64,000 bases of DNA from Parasitella parasitica NRRL 2501 (taxonomy: Eukaryota; Fungi; Mucoromycota): contig MU619301.1 in assembly GCA_025201805.1 (NCBI GenBank), positions 98,681-162,680 on the forward strand, given 5' to 3'. The position numbers and the translations under genes are program-made. Shown here one piece after another: positions 1-13,073 of this stretch (position 1 is the stretch's first letter; each line of letters begins with the position of its first letter). The notes under the pieces were generated by a model. It was not told the origin of the DNA, searched no databases, and was given only the letters and a program-made list of their open reading frames with translations.

Positions 1-1061
1 TCCCTTTTTAATAAAGATATGATATATCGTCAGGGAAAAAGTCAGGGGTAATAAGCCAATTGAGCAGAGCTTTTCTAGATTTTCCCTCGTATCGTTGTTT
101 CTTATGCATGAATGGTTCCGTGTAACAGTTCCCCTTCCATGCTGTATATATATATAATACTATCACCCTCAGTACGAATATAATGGTAGCATTACGCTAG
201 ACACTAAATGTTTTGATTTCTACTATTAATCCGCAAATGAGGGTCGTGCGTTTTTATTGTGGTATATACTCTCACTTTTTTTTTTTTTTTTTGGTTTTTT
301 AATATCTGCACCCCAAGTATGTATGTATGTATGATACATGATGTGTTGCTGTGTTGTATCTTGCTGTCATGACCTGACACTTTTGAAACTTTCTCTTGTT
401 CAAATGACTCTTTTTATCTTACATACGTTTTCACCATACATCAATGTCCATATTTTTGAGCCAACAGTAGTTGTTTTGCAATAATCTACGCCATCAATAA
501 TTTCATACTCAAGCTATTACGTATGTACATGGAACAAAGTGAGCACATTTTGCGTTCATCTCTATAGCAATCGACATCGTGCGGAAACAACATGAGCTCT
601 GTTTCATTGTTGTTGACAACATGTGCAGGATATTAATATCATTTCTGATGTCAGTTTGCCAACTATTTTGCTTTTTTTTTTAAACTATTACGTATAACTC
701 AATTATACATAAACACGCACATACGAAAACCGGCGGCAAAATGCATAAAAATGCTCCAAGGCTTATATGATATCTGATTACAGATCCATCAGCAAGAAGT
801 TTCAGAAATGTTCTGGATCTCTCCGAGTAATGTTAGAATGTTGTAAATCAACATTTAATGGCGAGACTTTTGGTCACTTGCAGCTTTTGAAAGTATACCA
901 AGCGATCGCTCTGTGGTCTTTTCAATTCATCTTTGTCAAAATTGGGTCGAATAATGAAGCTTCTTATTATAGCATTTGTTAAATTAAACAAAGCACAAAG
1001 GGTCTTCTTCAGTCTGGTTATTTTGTTTGCTTAAAAACCGTGCTCTTGGTTTTTGATAGAA

Positions 1062-1129
<68 letters not shown>

Positions 1130-1370
1130 CACAACGCAGATAAAGGCTTTTTTTAATCCTCTATCCAAACAAGTAGATTGCATGAAGATGATAGATTTGC
1201 ACACGGCTACATAAATCGAGACCACAATGTAATAAACCCCCCCCCCAGTGCACAGTTGATGTCTTACTTTATATACAGTTAGTATTATTGAAGATAGAAT
1301 GACGATGGATTAAATTAAACAAATAGTAGCACAAATAGCATTACAACAAGCGACGAAAAGGGAAAATCGA

Positions 1371-2958
1371 TTAAAATACGTATGGAATGAAAATATAAGG
1401 GACACGTCTACAATATTCTTCCCAATCCTTGCCGTACTTTTTGGAGCAACGTTCCATGTCTCTAGAGACACGATGAGTCAAGACACAGACAAAGAAGCAA
1501 AAGTAGAAATAAGGCAAGAAAGATCCAAAACCACAGATCAAACCCCAGGACAAAGACTGGAATAAATCGGCAGTGTAATGAGGCTTGCGAACAACACCCC
1601 ACCATCCAGAAGTTAAAAGCAAGTTGCCATTTTGTGTCTTGACATAGGTGGGGTTCTTGATTCTTCCCCAGGGGAGTTGAGGGAACGCCTTGCGGTCAAT
1701 AAAGGAGCCATTCTGCTCCATGCGAAAACGGTTCTTTTGAGAGTTACCAGTATCAAAGACGTAGTAAGCAGCAAGGAGAGTAGCAAAAATGGCAATGGTA
1801 TAACTCCAGCCATGACTGATGGTCTCGCCAGTAGTCAACTCGTATTTTATAAGGTAGATGGAAGAATAACCGTATGTGAATGGAACGCCAGCCATGTTCC
1901 AAAAGATAAGCATGAATCCTGATAAAAAAAATAAATAGTTAAATAACCCCATATCTGTCTGTCAATGTGTTTGGGGGGGTGTTTCTTACCATCCTTCTCG
2001 TAAAACATGTCAAAAGAGGTAGGAATACATTCTTCGCCCTTTTGACAGGCATTGGTGTACAGAAAGTGAGCAAGGACCATAAAGGCGACAGGGCCACTGA
2101 CATAGCCACGCATTTCATATTGCTTCAATGCACACGAAACAGAGGTAAAGAAGAGGATAGGCCAAGGCACACGGCACTCTGCCCACATCTTCAAGTCAAC
2201 AGGACCAATACGCGGATTCAAGGGAGCCCCCATAAAGAAATCGTAAATGGGCTTACCTGACATGCGGTGCTGGGTACCTCTTATGATAGAGTTGGTATAA
2301 ACGAGGAAAGACATTGTGAAACCCCAAATAATTGCTGTGGTCATGATGCCGCCAAAGTTCTCAATGATGGAGGTCAAGCGGAAGATGCCAGTAACATGAA
2401 GCGCAACAGAGAGTGCAAGGGTCAAGTACCATGATGACAGAGCATTGCAGAGATAGGGAAGCTACATGAAGAGGGATACAAAAAGTTAGCGAATGGCTCT
2501 CTCTCTCTCTACTGGTATTCGTCAAAAGAGATACATGCCTTACCACCCTTTAGAGAAGGAAGGGGAAGGCCATTCACGACAGGCCCGGGCATAAAGTAGG
2601 CGCAGAGAAAAGTATAAGCAACAAAGCCCATGTAGATCTTGACAGCGGTCAAGGAAGGATAAGCACCCAAAGCGATTTTAGCAAGAAATTCCTCTGAAAG
2701 AAATTGGATGATGCCATCCTTTGTGTAGGAAGTAGGGCCAATAAGGTGGCCTTGATGGTACTCTAAGCAAATCCAAAAATAATACATCAAGCAAGGGAAC
2801 CCCACCATCATACCGAGCGCGCCAGCAGGACCACCGAATTCATATACAACTTCGTTGTCCACTTCTTCCTCGTGCTTGGTCAGTTTGCTTTTAAATAAAG
2901 GCACGCCATTGCTGTTGACAGTGGGCTGCCCATCAGCGTTCACTTCCTTCACCGCCAT
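1371..2958 (-). CDS. ERG4: Sterol C-24(28) reductase (ERG4/ERG24 family), 3 exons
   Basis: Motifs [81 protein letters not shown]. Intron 2462-2538 (GC-AG) and about 1919-1989. Confidence 0.93.
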
Positions 2959-3511
2959 GTTTTGATTATAAACAAATAAAAAAAAAAAAAAAAAAAGGTG
3001 AAGAAGGAGGAAAACAAATGTGCCGTTTTATACCAGTAATTAAATGCGCGCGGGGAAAAATCACCCGTGCTGTTGGTAGCAGTTACTGGCCTCGATTTCG
3101 GTTCAACTGTTGTGCCGATTGTGCTACTGTTGTTGATCTTTCTTTGTTTGATGTGCAAGATATGCGGTCTTGCCAATGCAGAAAACATGACAATTTATCA
3201 GTTACTACACCGAGAATAAAGAAAAGTGTGAATTATAAGGCAAAATCGAAACCATTGCATGTTTCTTGATAGCTCAATGGCGTTGATAACGTAGGCCGGT
3301 GTAGGTTGCAGAAGCAATCGGCAGGTGGGACAGCACTGACATTTCATCTCTCTGCCTTCCAATCAGATTCATTCTTGACTTGTGGACCAACACTTTCACA
3401 TCCAAAATATGATGCAAGACATTGGAAAAAATTCTCTCTATTTATTTTTCAAGCTTTCTCCCTCTCTCTCTCTCTATTTTCTTTCTTTCTTTCTTTCTTG
3501 ATGCATTTACA

Positions 3512-4815
3512 ATGGGACAGAGCAAAAGCAGAGAAAATAATGCTCTCTCGAAAAAGACACATTGTACGTATCCATTTCGTCATTGCACAAATCGTATGAT
3601 TTACCTAATTGGTTGCACAGTTTCGACAAAGGAAATAGACAGCCTTCGACAAAACGTAAAGACGCAAGATCAAAACAACATTACAGTAGACGTATTCAAG
3701 GATGTAAATGGAGAGATGGGTCTATGTGTATGCATGTTGTAATAATCCCTATGTATGTAGTCTGTCAAACAATATGTGCCAACCGTTTCCATGACAGACG
3801 ATGTGTTTTTACAGCGGCTGTATTGCGCTTTTGGTGGCGATGAAAAGAAAGAGAAATGCCTTGATTTCAGGTAAAAAAAAATGGCTACTACCCAGGCTTA
3901 GTGGTGCATACTAATTGCTTTTATATATATATATATATATATATAGCACGTTTGTTGATGGTTTGAGTGTGTTTATGAAGGGAACTCCAGAGGAAAAGCT
4001 GAAATGTAAGACGGTGTATGCGTTTATATCCCACATTTGACTCAATTGTACAGTGTCGTTCAAATTATACGATGTGGACAAGGATGGATATATATCCAAG
4101 GACGAATTAGAACATGTCATGATGCAATTGGTAAAGCACGCATAGTTGAAGCATGATTCATGGCCAACATTTTTCATTAGTCCAAGATGATGTCGGATCA
4201 GGATAAGCAAGACGAGGAAATTCAGCGCTCTATTGATTGCATGTTTGAAGACTTTGATGTAGATTGCGATGGAAAACTGGCAAGTTGCCGGGTATTTGGC
4301 ATTCAAACAGCACAGTTAGTAACCTTTTATCATTCTAGTCTTTCGACGAATACAAGCTTTCCGCCATGAAAGAACCTCTAATTGCCGATTTTGTTGGACG
4401 CTTTTTAGATCAGCATAATTTATCAAATAAAGCATCACCTGTATCAAGGCCCACTTCAGTGAAATCACGGCAATCCTCTCGATCCGTCAACAACACCAGC
4501 AACCCACCCACACAACAGAATCGACTATCATATCGACTATCACAAGCCGAATTACTAGATTATAGCCATCAGCAGCAGAAAAAAAGCATATCAGACACAG
4601 CAACCTCCAACTCTACAACCCCAAGTCCTAGAGCATCTGTTTGTTTACCTTTAACTTCTACAACATCTCCTGCTAGTGGGTTGTCATCCAAATCAAATTC
4701 TCCTGTTTCGTCTTCATCATCAAACACAGCGTCTAGCGCAAGGCCGAATCTGACTCATAGATTAAGTCGAGGCACCAGTATGGCAAGTCTTGATGCTGCA
4801 ATGACATCCATGTAG
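3512..4815 (+). CDS. N-myristoylated EF-hand calcium sensor (NCS-1/frequenin/calcineurin-B-like) with long Ser/Thr-rich C-terminal tail, 6 exons
   Basis: Spliced product begins MGQSKS (myristoylation consensus) and contains FVDGLSVFMKGTPEEKL, SFKLYDVDKDGYISKDE and FDVDCDGKLSFDEY EF-loops. The last intron, 4280-4338, is GC-AG. Confidence 0.85.
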
Positions 4816-5311
4816 TAGTGTCAGTAGTAGCTTTTTGCACATACGAATAAAACGTCTCGCTGGATTCAAATAGCTTGTGCTAGACACATGAAAGCATTGA
4901 AAAAAAAAAAAAATGAAAAATACCACTAGAATGTAATGCGCATTGATTGACTATGCCATAAGTTGTAGTATTCCACAATGCAATGATCACAGTGTAGAAA
5001 TCCTTGAATTGTCAAGAGCAATGCACTGTTAGACATATTTTTGCGGCTATTTAAATAAATACATCAGCCACCATTCGTTTTGTGTATTTTGCGCAAATCC
5101 TCAAATAAGGATTTGCCATTGGATTTTATACACCTTCTTTCTCCACGTTCAAAGGTACCCAACATCGTAACTTCCATCCATCCATTCATCCATCCATCCA
5201 TTAACAACCACATACTGACCGATCTATATTTCTTTCTTTTTTTTTTTTTTNNNNNNNNNNNNNNNNNNNNNNNNNNNNNNNNNNNNNNNNNNNNNNNNNN
5301 TCAACCAACAG

Positions 5312-5936
5312 ATGCCTCCCAAGTTCGATCCCTCTGAGGTTAAGATTATCTACCTTCGTGCTACTGGTGGTGAAGTTGGTGCTTCCAGTGCTCTCGGTAA
5401 AGTACCAAATGTCCACAGGATTACCACACACACTCACATTCTAAAATATGTATCTAGCCCCCAAGATCGGTCCTCTTGGTTTGTCCCCCAAGAAGGTTGG
5501 TGAGGATATCGCCAAGGGTACCAAGGAATGGAAGGGTCTTCGTGTTACTGTCCAACTGACCATCCAAAACCGTCAAGCCCAAGTGTCCGTTGTCCCCTCT
5601 GCTTCCTCCTTGGTCATCAAGGCTCTCAAGGAGCCTCTCCGTGACCGCAAGAAGGAAAAGAACATCAAGCACTCTGGTAACGTCTCTCTTGAGGACATTA
5701 TTGAAATCGCCCGTACTATGCGTTTCAAGTCTTTGGCTCGTGAGCTTTCTGGAACCGTCAAGGAAATCCTTGGCACTGCTTTCTCTGTCGGTTGCACTGT
5801 CGATGGTCAAAGCCCCAACGATCTTTGCGCTGCCATTGATGCTGGTGAAATTGAGATCCCTGTAAGTTTGGTTTCGGCTGGCTAAAAATGTTTATATCGT
5901 GTAGCATTGCTAACTCTGTTATCGTAGGAAAAGTAA
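5312..5936 (+). CDS. RPL12: 60S ribosomal protein L12 (uL11)
   Basis: [11 protein letters not shown]...[30 protein letters not shown]. Two coding introns (about 5397-5457 and 5862-5927); last exon GAA AAG TAA. Confidence 0.98.
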
Positions 5937-6202
5937 AAATTTATTCGTTGCATTCCCTTTCAAATCCAACAAAAAATAAATAATTCTTGTATAAACAATC
6001 TGTGACAAATTGGAGCTTACAGCGCTGCGTAGTTCAATCTTAAAATGACCACTGACTGAATAGAGAATAGAGAATAGGAAAAAGTGTGGAATGGAAATTG
6101 GACTTTTGGACCATCATTTCCTCTGAAATTATTTCAAAGACTTTTTTTGAGCGTGTCATCAACAATGCTCTGTGCATGTAGTTTGATCAAAATACGTGAG
6201 CT

Positions 6203-7706
6203 TTATTCAACCTTGATCACAATTTTGCCCTTGGATTGGTTGCTTTCAAGATACCTGTGAGCATCAGCAATGTCTTTCCAATTATAGATTTTGTCGACAA
6301 AAACCTTGAGTTGGCCGTCATGTTTGGCAATATGGTTCAAGACAGCATGTTGATAAATATCATCACGTAAACGAGCTTGATATTCCAAGCTACGAGCTCG
6401 GAGGCTGGAGCCCTCAATCTAACAGTGATTACGCAGCATCTGGGTCAATGTTTGCATCAACAAATGATTAAATAAAAAAACTCACTCTTAATCGCTTTTG
6501 AAACATGACAGTGACATCAAACTGCTCAATAATGGCACCTAGATTAAATAGAGTGAGCACGCACGCATACGTCATGCATTCAATCATTGCTTTTTACCAC
6601 TCATGAAAGCCAGAATAACCATATGGCCATCAAAGCCTAGAACGTCCATGTTTTGCTTCCAATAATCCTTGCCGACGAAATCAACCAAGACATTAACGCC
6701 CTTATTGTTGGTTTCTTGCAAGATCTGCGGTATAACTGTTAGAGGCTTGTATTTGCATTTGCCAGTTTAAACTTACAATGTCAGACCAGTTTTGTGTCTT
6801 GTAGTTGATTCCTTTGGTGGCGCCAATGCTTTCACAAAACTCGACTTTATCATCTGATCCAACAGTGACAAAGATACGCTTACTAAGACGCGAATCAGAC
6901 GGTGTGAATATATGCCGGGTTTGTACCACACTTACGCTCCAGCCTCTTTTGCAAGTTGGATAGCAGCAATGCCGACACCAGAAGCTCCCGCATGGATCAA
7001 GACATCTTGGCCCTTCTTCATCTCGCCAACAAAGAAGAGCGCTTGATATGCCGTGAACCATGTTTCCGGGATGGCAGCTGCTTCCTCGAAAGAAATAGTA
7101 TCAGGCTTATGCATGGTCAAGGACTCTTCCAAGACGGCAAACTGATTTTGTGAATGGTTAATTGATCCAATGTTTATTCATGCAAGCGCGGAATTCTAAT
7201 ACACATACCTCTGCGTATCCGCCTCCAGGCATGAGACCAAACACAGCCTCGCCAACCTTGAAGTCTTTGACTGATAAAGTATGCCATTTATCAGTCTGAT
7301 TCATATTTTTAAAATAACACTCGCCATACCATCTTTGCCAATGCTTTCAACGACGCCGGAAACTTCAACGCCCAAGATGGGGCTAGCATGGGCAGGAACT
7401 TTGTATTTTCCTTCTCTCTGCAGGATGTCCATTCGATTCAAAGCAAAAGCCTTGACCTTTTAAAACCGCATAAAGTGTTTGTACTTTTTTTTTTTTTTTT
7501 TTTTTTACATGCAACGATCTCTGTCACTCAACCAAACTTACGTTGACCAAGATCTGGGTGTCGGTGGGAACAGGTTTTTCAAAGCTGCCAAGAGCCAAGT
7601 GGGACGCGTCCCCTAACAGCCACACATGTCAGAATGCTGACAGCCGCTACGCTCACAAATGCTTACCAGGTGTATTTACGATTACTGCACGCATTGAATT
7701 AGACAT
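6203..7706 (-). CDS. NADPH:quinone oxidoreductase (PIG3/zeta-crystallin MDR family), multi-exon
   Basis: KAFALNRMDILQREGKY, ILGVEVSG, AAAIPETWFTAYQAL, LIHAGASGVGIAAIQL, IEGSSLRARS, AHRYLESNQSKGKIV across about 9 exons with GT-AG introns. Confidence 0.92.
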
Positions 7707-8066
7707 TTTTGCTTGACTATGGAAGAAAATAAAGAAGAAGAGCTACTCTTTTCCTTGCCGTTATATACTCGAAAAAAAAAAAAAAAAAAAAAACAAATCT
7801 TTTCCTTGCCTTTAAAAACAAAAAAAAAAAAAAAAAAAAAAACTGCATTACTAAGCTCTGAGACTCAAACCCATTATTAATCCATGCTTCGATCACTTTG
7901 GCTCATACGGTTTAGTGTTAAAATCAGGAAATGGTTGATATTGATCAGTTGTACAGGACAGCCATTGATAAAACGCTATGCGCAGCAATGGAGATATCTA
8001 CTTTGGTTGGGTGATTTCGAGCACTTTTGCACTATATGAAAAGAATTGTTTTGAATGGTTTGTTAA

Positions 8067-8107
8067 TTTAAAATGTTTATTTAAAATGTTTATTTAAAAT
8101 GTTTATT
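8067..8107. repeat. 13-bp tandem repeat (tttaaaatgttta) x3
   Basis: Directly visible in the intergenic region. Confidence 0.8.
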
Positions 8108-8640
8108 GCTTGAATTGTGTGCTTGTAAAAGACGAAATAAATGCTATGGTGCAGGTCATTGGAGACCCAGTAGAAAAGCAACTAACAATGGCAGTGCGGA
8201 GCTGACCTGACCTGACTTTGAAGCAACCTCAGATTTTGAGGCTTGATGATGGCATAGAAGCAGGGCAACCAGCCGGGTAAAGATTGATGATATCAGCTGA
8301 ACAGCCATGCATGAATAGTGGAGATCTCGCAAGGACAAGGCTCGTCTTTGTAGCAGCAGGTTCAGTCTGAACTCTATGTTTTTATGTAGATTTATCCTTG
8401 GGCATCATTGTGAGGACAGTAGTAGGCAGTCAGTTTGATAATCATGCCCCTAATTGATAGTTGAATGTTGTCACTTGCAAAGCTGATGCGTGCATTACTA
8501 TAGGCTCAAATGGCTAATATTTCTGCCCAAAGACCATGATTATCTCGGGTGCTGGAAAATATTTTTTTTGTAACATCAATAAAATCGATAAAAGGATTTT
8601 CTATTTGTTTTTCTTTTTCCCACGAATATTTCCACACAAA

Positions 8641-9839
8641 ATGTCTGTAACACAGCAGCGCCTCCCTACACGTCAAAATGTGTGCAAAGTCTTGGAAAAC
8701 TTTGAAGCGAAGCAGGGCCTCATCTACTTGAGCGGCCAAGTTGTCGTCGAGAGAGATGACACTGATGTGGAACAGCCTTTTCGTCAAGAATCCAACTTTT
8801 TCTACGTCACTGGTAAGCTTTATACTCACGAGAGCAAAGAGCAAAGAGAGACAGACGGACTCACCACCCTCTACGTAAGGCTGTCAACAACCCGACTTCC
8901 ATGTCACCATTGACCTTGGAACCAAGGCTGTCCATTTGTACTCTCCTAACCTGGACCCGGAGCACGTCATGTGGATGGGCTTGCCGGATTCACTTGAAAC
9001 TCTAGTCAACAAGTACGATATTGACGATGCTTGCTATGTCGATAAGCTGAACCAGCGCTTAGCCGAGGCTACTATCGTTTACACGCTGCCCATCACCAAG
9101 ACTGACAAGATTGACACTGGTAAGGTAAAACTGTGCAGTGCTGAGCAAAGCAAGCAATTGCACACTGCTTTTGCAAAGGCCCGTTCCATCAAGGCTGACT
9201 GGGAAGTTGAAATCATTCGTAAAGCCAACGAACTTTCTTCAATTGCTCATGCCAAGGTTAGTGTTGTTGCATTTAGTGCAGAGATGGCGATTACTATTAC
9301 TCATTATTCGGCCGCCAGTTGATGAAAGCCTCCAAGGTGGGTACTACTGAAGCGCAATTGCACGCCTTGTTCTTGTACGAAACCTACAGTCGCGGTGCCT
9401 TCTTCCAGGCTTATTACCCTATTGTTGGTGTTGGCATGAACGCTGCTACTCTCCACTACAACAAGAATAACGCCCCTTTGCGTCACGAAACCGATTTAGT
9501 GCTTGTGGATGCCGGCTGTGAGGTTTCTTGCTATGCCTCTGACATTACCAGATGCTTCCCTGTTGGTGGAAAATTCTCGCCAGAAGCTCGTGTCATCTAC
9601 TCTATTGTTCTTGACATGCAAAAGGTAACGTATATGCGTGTATAAAGCACACTGCTTGTATTAACAATTGCACCGACAGGCTTGTCTTGCTGCCTGTAAA
9701 CCCGGTGTTGCTTGGGAAGAGATTCATAACATTGCTACCAAAGTTGCGTGTGATGGTCTTTCTGATTGTGGTATTCTTGTTGGCGATAAGCAAGAGATAT
9801 TGGCTAATCATGTCGTTGCCGCCTTTTTCCCTCACGGCA
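8641..9839 (+). CDS. Xaa-Pro aminopeptidase/prolidase (M24B); 3' end lost in gap 9872-10356
   Basis: PFRQESNFFYVTG, YYPIVGVGMNAATLHY, LVDAGCEVSCYASDITRCFP, AAFFPHG (metal-binding motifs). The CDS runs into an intron and then the N-gap. Confidence 0.92.
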
Positions 9840-10638
9840 GTAGGTTTTTTTTTTTTTTTTTTTTTTTTTTTNNNNNNNNNNNNNNNNNNNNNNNNNNNNN
9901 NNNNNNNNNNNNNNNNNNNNNNNNNNNNNNNNNNNNNNNNNNNNNNNNNNNNNNNNNNNNNNNNNNNNNNNNNNNNNNNNNNNNNNNNNNNNNNNNNNNN
10001 NNNNNNNNNNNNNNNNNNNNNNNNNNNNNNNNNNNNNNNNNNNNNNNNNNNNNNNNNNNNNNNNNNNNNNNNNNNNNNNNNNNNNNNNNNNNNNNNNNNN
10101 NNNNNNNNNNNNNNNNNNNNNNNNNNNNNNNNNNNNNNNNNNNNNNNNNNNNNNNNNNNNNNNNNNNNNNNNNNNNNNNNNNNNNNNNNNNNNNNNNNNN
10201 NNNNNNNNNNNNNNNNNNNNNNNNNNNNNNNNNNNNNNNNNNNNNNNNNNNNNNNNNNNNNNNNNNNNNNNNNNNNNNNNNNNNNNNNNNNNNNNNNNNN
10301 NNNNNNNNNNNNNNNNNNNNNNNNNNNNNNNNNNNNNNNNNNNNNNNNNNNNNNNNTTTCTTTTTCGGTTTACATCATGTACGACAGATTATACTATATA
10401 TATTTAACCCAATATTGTCTCTCACATGAGGACTACGTATATATGTGTGTACCGGTATCAGGGTAGTGGATCCTGTACAGTCTCTAGCTTGTGCTAATCA
10501 AATGCAGCAATACGTTAATCGCCAGACTCAAACATAACCCAATGATACTCGCAGAAATATAAAATCCTCCATGGATACACGACGACAAATCGGATTTTGA
10601 TTTGACATGCTGCTTGAAACATTTTTATTGACTATATT

Positions 10639-10646
10639 TATAAATA
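10639..10646 (+). promoter_or_regulatory. TATA box of the 72-aa orphan gene
   Basis: TATAAATA about 65 nt upstream of the ATG at 10709, followed by a pyrimidine-rich leader. Confidence 0.5.
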
Positions 10647-10708
10647 CTCTTTGAACATTCGCCTTATCTTGCCTTTCTTTTCAACTTGTCTCTATCGTCA
10701 ATCTCAAA

Positions 10709-10927
10709 ATGAACTTTCTCAATAAACTCTTCAAAAAGACTGCGCCTGCCAAGGACGACAAGAAAGAAGCTCTTGAAAAGAAGCCCCAAGAGGAACTGCC
10801 CAAAGGATTTGCCAATGATGCTATGCGAACCAGCAACGTGCCCGACACTCTGTACGGATTTGATGATCCTGTAGCAAGAAGACTTGGTCCTGTCCCCACC
10901 TCAGATCCTACCAATACTGGTGCTTAA
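10709..10927 (+). CDS. Small intronless orphan protein (72 aa)
   Basis: TATA box upstream, AAA-ATG context, codon usage like the highly expressed genes here (AAG, CCC, GAC), AATAAA at 10963. No family recognised. Confidence 0.65.
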   Translation: MNFLNKLFKKTAPAKDDKKEALEKKPQEELPKGFANDAMRTSNVPDTLYGFDDPVARRLGPVPTSDPTNTGA

Positions 10928-11835
10928 TCTCTTAATTTACTTAATACCACTCTACTCTCTTGAATAAATATTATCCCATACATCTTTATTTCTAATACTA
11001 CATTACTATCATGGCTGCTATATTATTGATGGGGGTGGGGGGTGGGGGCGGTTCCATGTAGTTTTTTCCTTTCCTCGGAATGCAGATTGAGGCGTCGCCA
11101 TGCGGTTGAATTGCTTCATCTTTGTCTTGTTAATCCTAGGCATTCTTTTTGTCGATTTTATTTGTACATGTTCCAAATTACTCTACTTTGATTTTATTTT
11201 TATTTTTATTTTTTCTTTTTCCTTTATCTGATTTTTCTGATTTTTTGATCCATGCTCTTATTTGTCCAGAAATCTAGATGAATAACGTTTAGCCGTTTCC
11301 CGATGTGGGGAAAGTTATTGTTTATTATAATAGTGGTTAACCCAATCATATACTATATGTGTATATGCGAGTTTATCGAGCCAGGATACGCTCCTATCCA
11401 TATCTTTGCAATTGTATGCACAGATGTTATAGTATACAGGGCCATCTCAAGCTTTCATTGTAACACCGTTACGGGTTGTTTTGGTGCTACCATCTCTGCA
11501 TAGCAGCCGCATCAACAAAAGGCATGACACCAAACAAAACACCCTTCCAAATACTTTTCCCGTTTTAAAGCCACAAATCCGCTTGCTGTGAATTATCAAT
11601 TCATGACAAATCAAACCGTTGTACTCGCCTGTGGTTGATTATACACTAATACATATTCTCAATCTACAGGAATCGCATCAACTCAGAGCACATAGCATGC
11701 TTTTGTTGGCTAGAATAATAACGCAACGCAACATACTGCTGTTTTTTTTTTGTTTTTTTTGTTGTTTTGTTTTTGCGTCTGCGAGCCCACAGTTATATGG
11801 CCGAATGAGATAACCAAAAAAAAAAAAAAAAAATT

Positions 11836-11866
11836 CCAATTGTGCCAATTTAGAGTAAAATTCTGT
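11836..11866. repeat. 31-bp element repeated at 17941-17971 (27/31 identical); probable DNA-transposon terminal repeat
   Basis: ccaattgtgccaatttagagtaaaattctgt versus ccaatcgtaccaatttagagtaaaaccctgt. Confidence 0.7.
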
Positions 11867-12499
11867 TATTTTTTTTTTTAAATAGAAATCGGAACGGGAT
11901 TGAATGACAAAAGTCTAAATCTTTTATTCTGCAGCTTGTCAATCAGGATTGCCGAGGTTAGGTTAAGTATGCTAAGACGTCCCGGGAAAGGTATATTGAA
12001 AAAGAACTAGGCTGAAGGTAAATGCTATCCCTACATGATGTTTTTACTTTACACAGTTCGTCATTTTATTCCAAAAAAAAAAAAAAAGCCATTTTCTACT
12101 TTGTAAAGCATTGTCTGCTTACCACCTGTCCAAGAGACAATCCTTAAAAAAGACAAAGTAAATTAGCAAGAGTCCGGTAGAAAAAAAGAGAGTAAACTGT
12201 TGTGGCCGTGAAAAAAATAAATAAAAATAAAATAAAATTACGAACGAAACTTGGACTTTTGCGCTCAAGGATCGCTTAATACAAGGATCCAAAGGATTTT
12301 ATTTACTCTATTATAATGTCTTGAAAAGATCGCCGATAATCTCCTTGAGACATTCAGCAGTAACCTGCATCTCTTTGTTGGATTTCTACATTTACTTGAA
12401 ATTTATTTGCCATACAAAAAGATTAAGCATCACACATAACAGGTACATATCACATTCATGTTCGCACCTTTCTTCCCGCTATTCCTCACTTTGTGTAGG

Positions 12500-13073
12500 T
12501 CTAATGGTGATTTGAATTTTTCAAAACGACCTCGTCAATCGTAGAAATGGTCAACGACTCTCCTTTACCTCTGCTCTTATACCCTGACGCGAACCTTTGA
12601 ATCCTGTATCATCCTAACCATGTAATATCTGATGTAATCTGCTGTGCGGTGTTGGCGTTATGACTTTTTTGTTTCCCTGTTTTTGGTGCCTGTCCTGAAG
12701 AAGTGGGAGTGGTGCCCCATAGGCCTTTGTGATATGGTCCAGGTGTGGTGACCTGGAACGACTGATCCCGCGAACCTCCTACGTCTTTCGAGACAATGGG
12801 AACTCTTGTGTCTTTCGAGACATTAAGAGATAGGTTTCTTATCAATCATAAATATATTCAATAGTTTCATTCCTTCTTCCCCAAACACATTTTACACCTG
12901 ATATTCTCACCTACGCTCCCCCAACCTCCGATCTCAGTCGTTCTCTCTTCTGTCGTTCTCTCTTCTACGCTCCCCCTACCTCTGATCTCAGTCTTTCTCT
13001 CCTCTTCCTCCTTGGTACGTTTGAAGGACTTTAAACAATGAAATAAAACCCTTATTTCCCTAAAAAAAAAAAA
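12500..13073 (+). mobile_element. 5'-truncated, degenerate non-LTR retrotransposon 3' end with poly(A) tail
   Basis: Degenerate Cys-rich zf-RVT-like coding remnant (inferred), pyrimidine-rich 3' UTR with a 37-bp duplicated unit (12911-12947 and 12965-13001), AATAAA at 13042, then A12. Confidence 0.5.

Noticed and set aside
3564-3620. Three 57-nt stop-free in-frame introns (3564-3620, 28573-28629, 48156-48212)
   Set aside because: With about 90 introns of this size, several 3n stop-free introns are expected by chance.
8240-8300. TGATGA...CTGA box C/D-like pattern
   Set aside because: Box C lacks the leading purine, and there is no terminal stem or recognisable rRNA guide.
9841-10466. Long ORFs 9668-10429 and 9687-10466
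   Set aside because: They run through an intron and a 485-nt N-gap; the length is an artefact.
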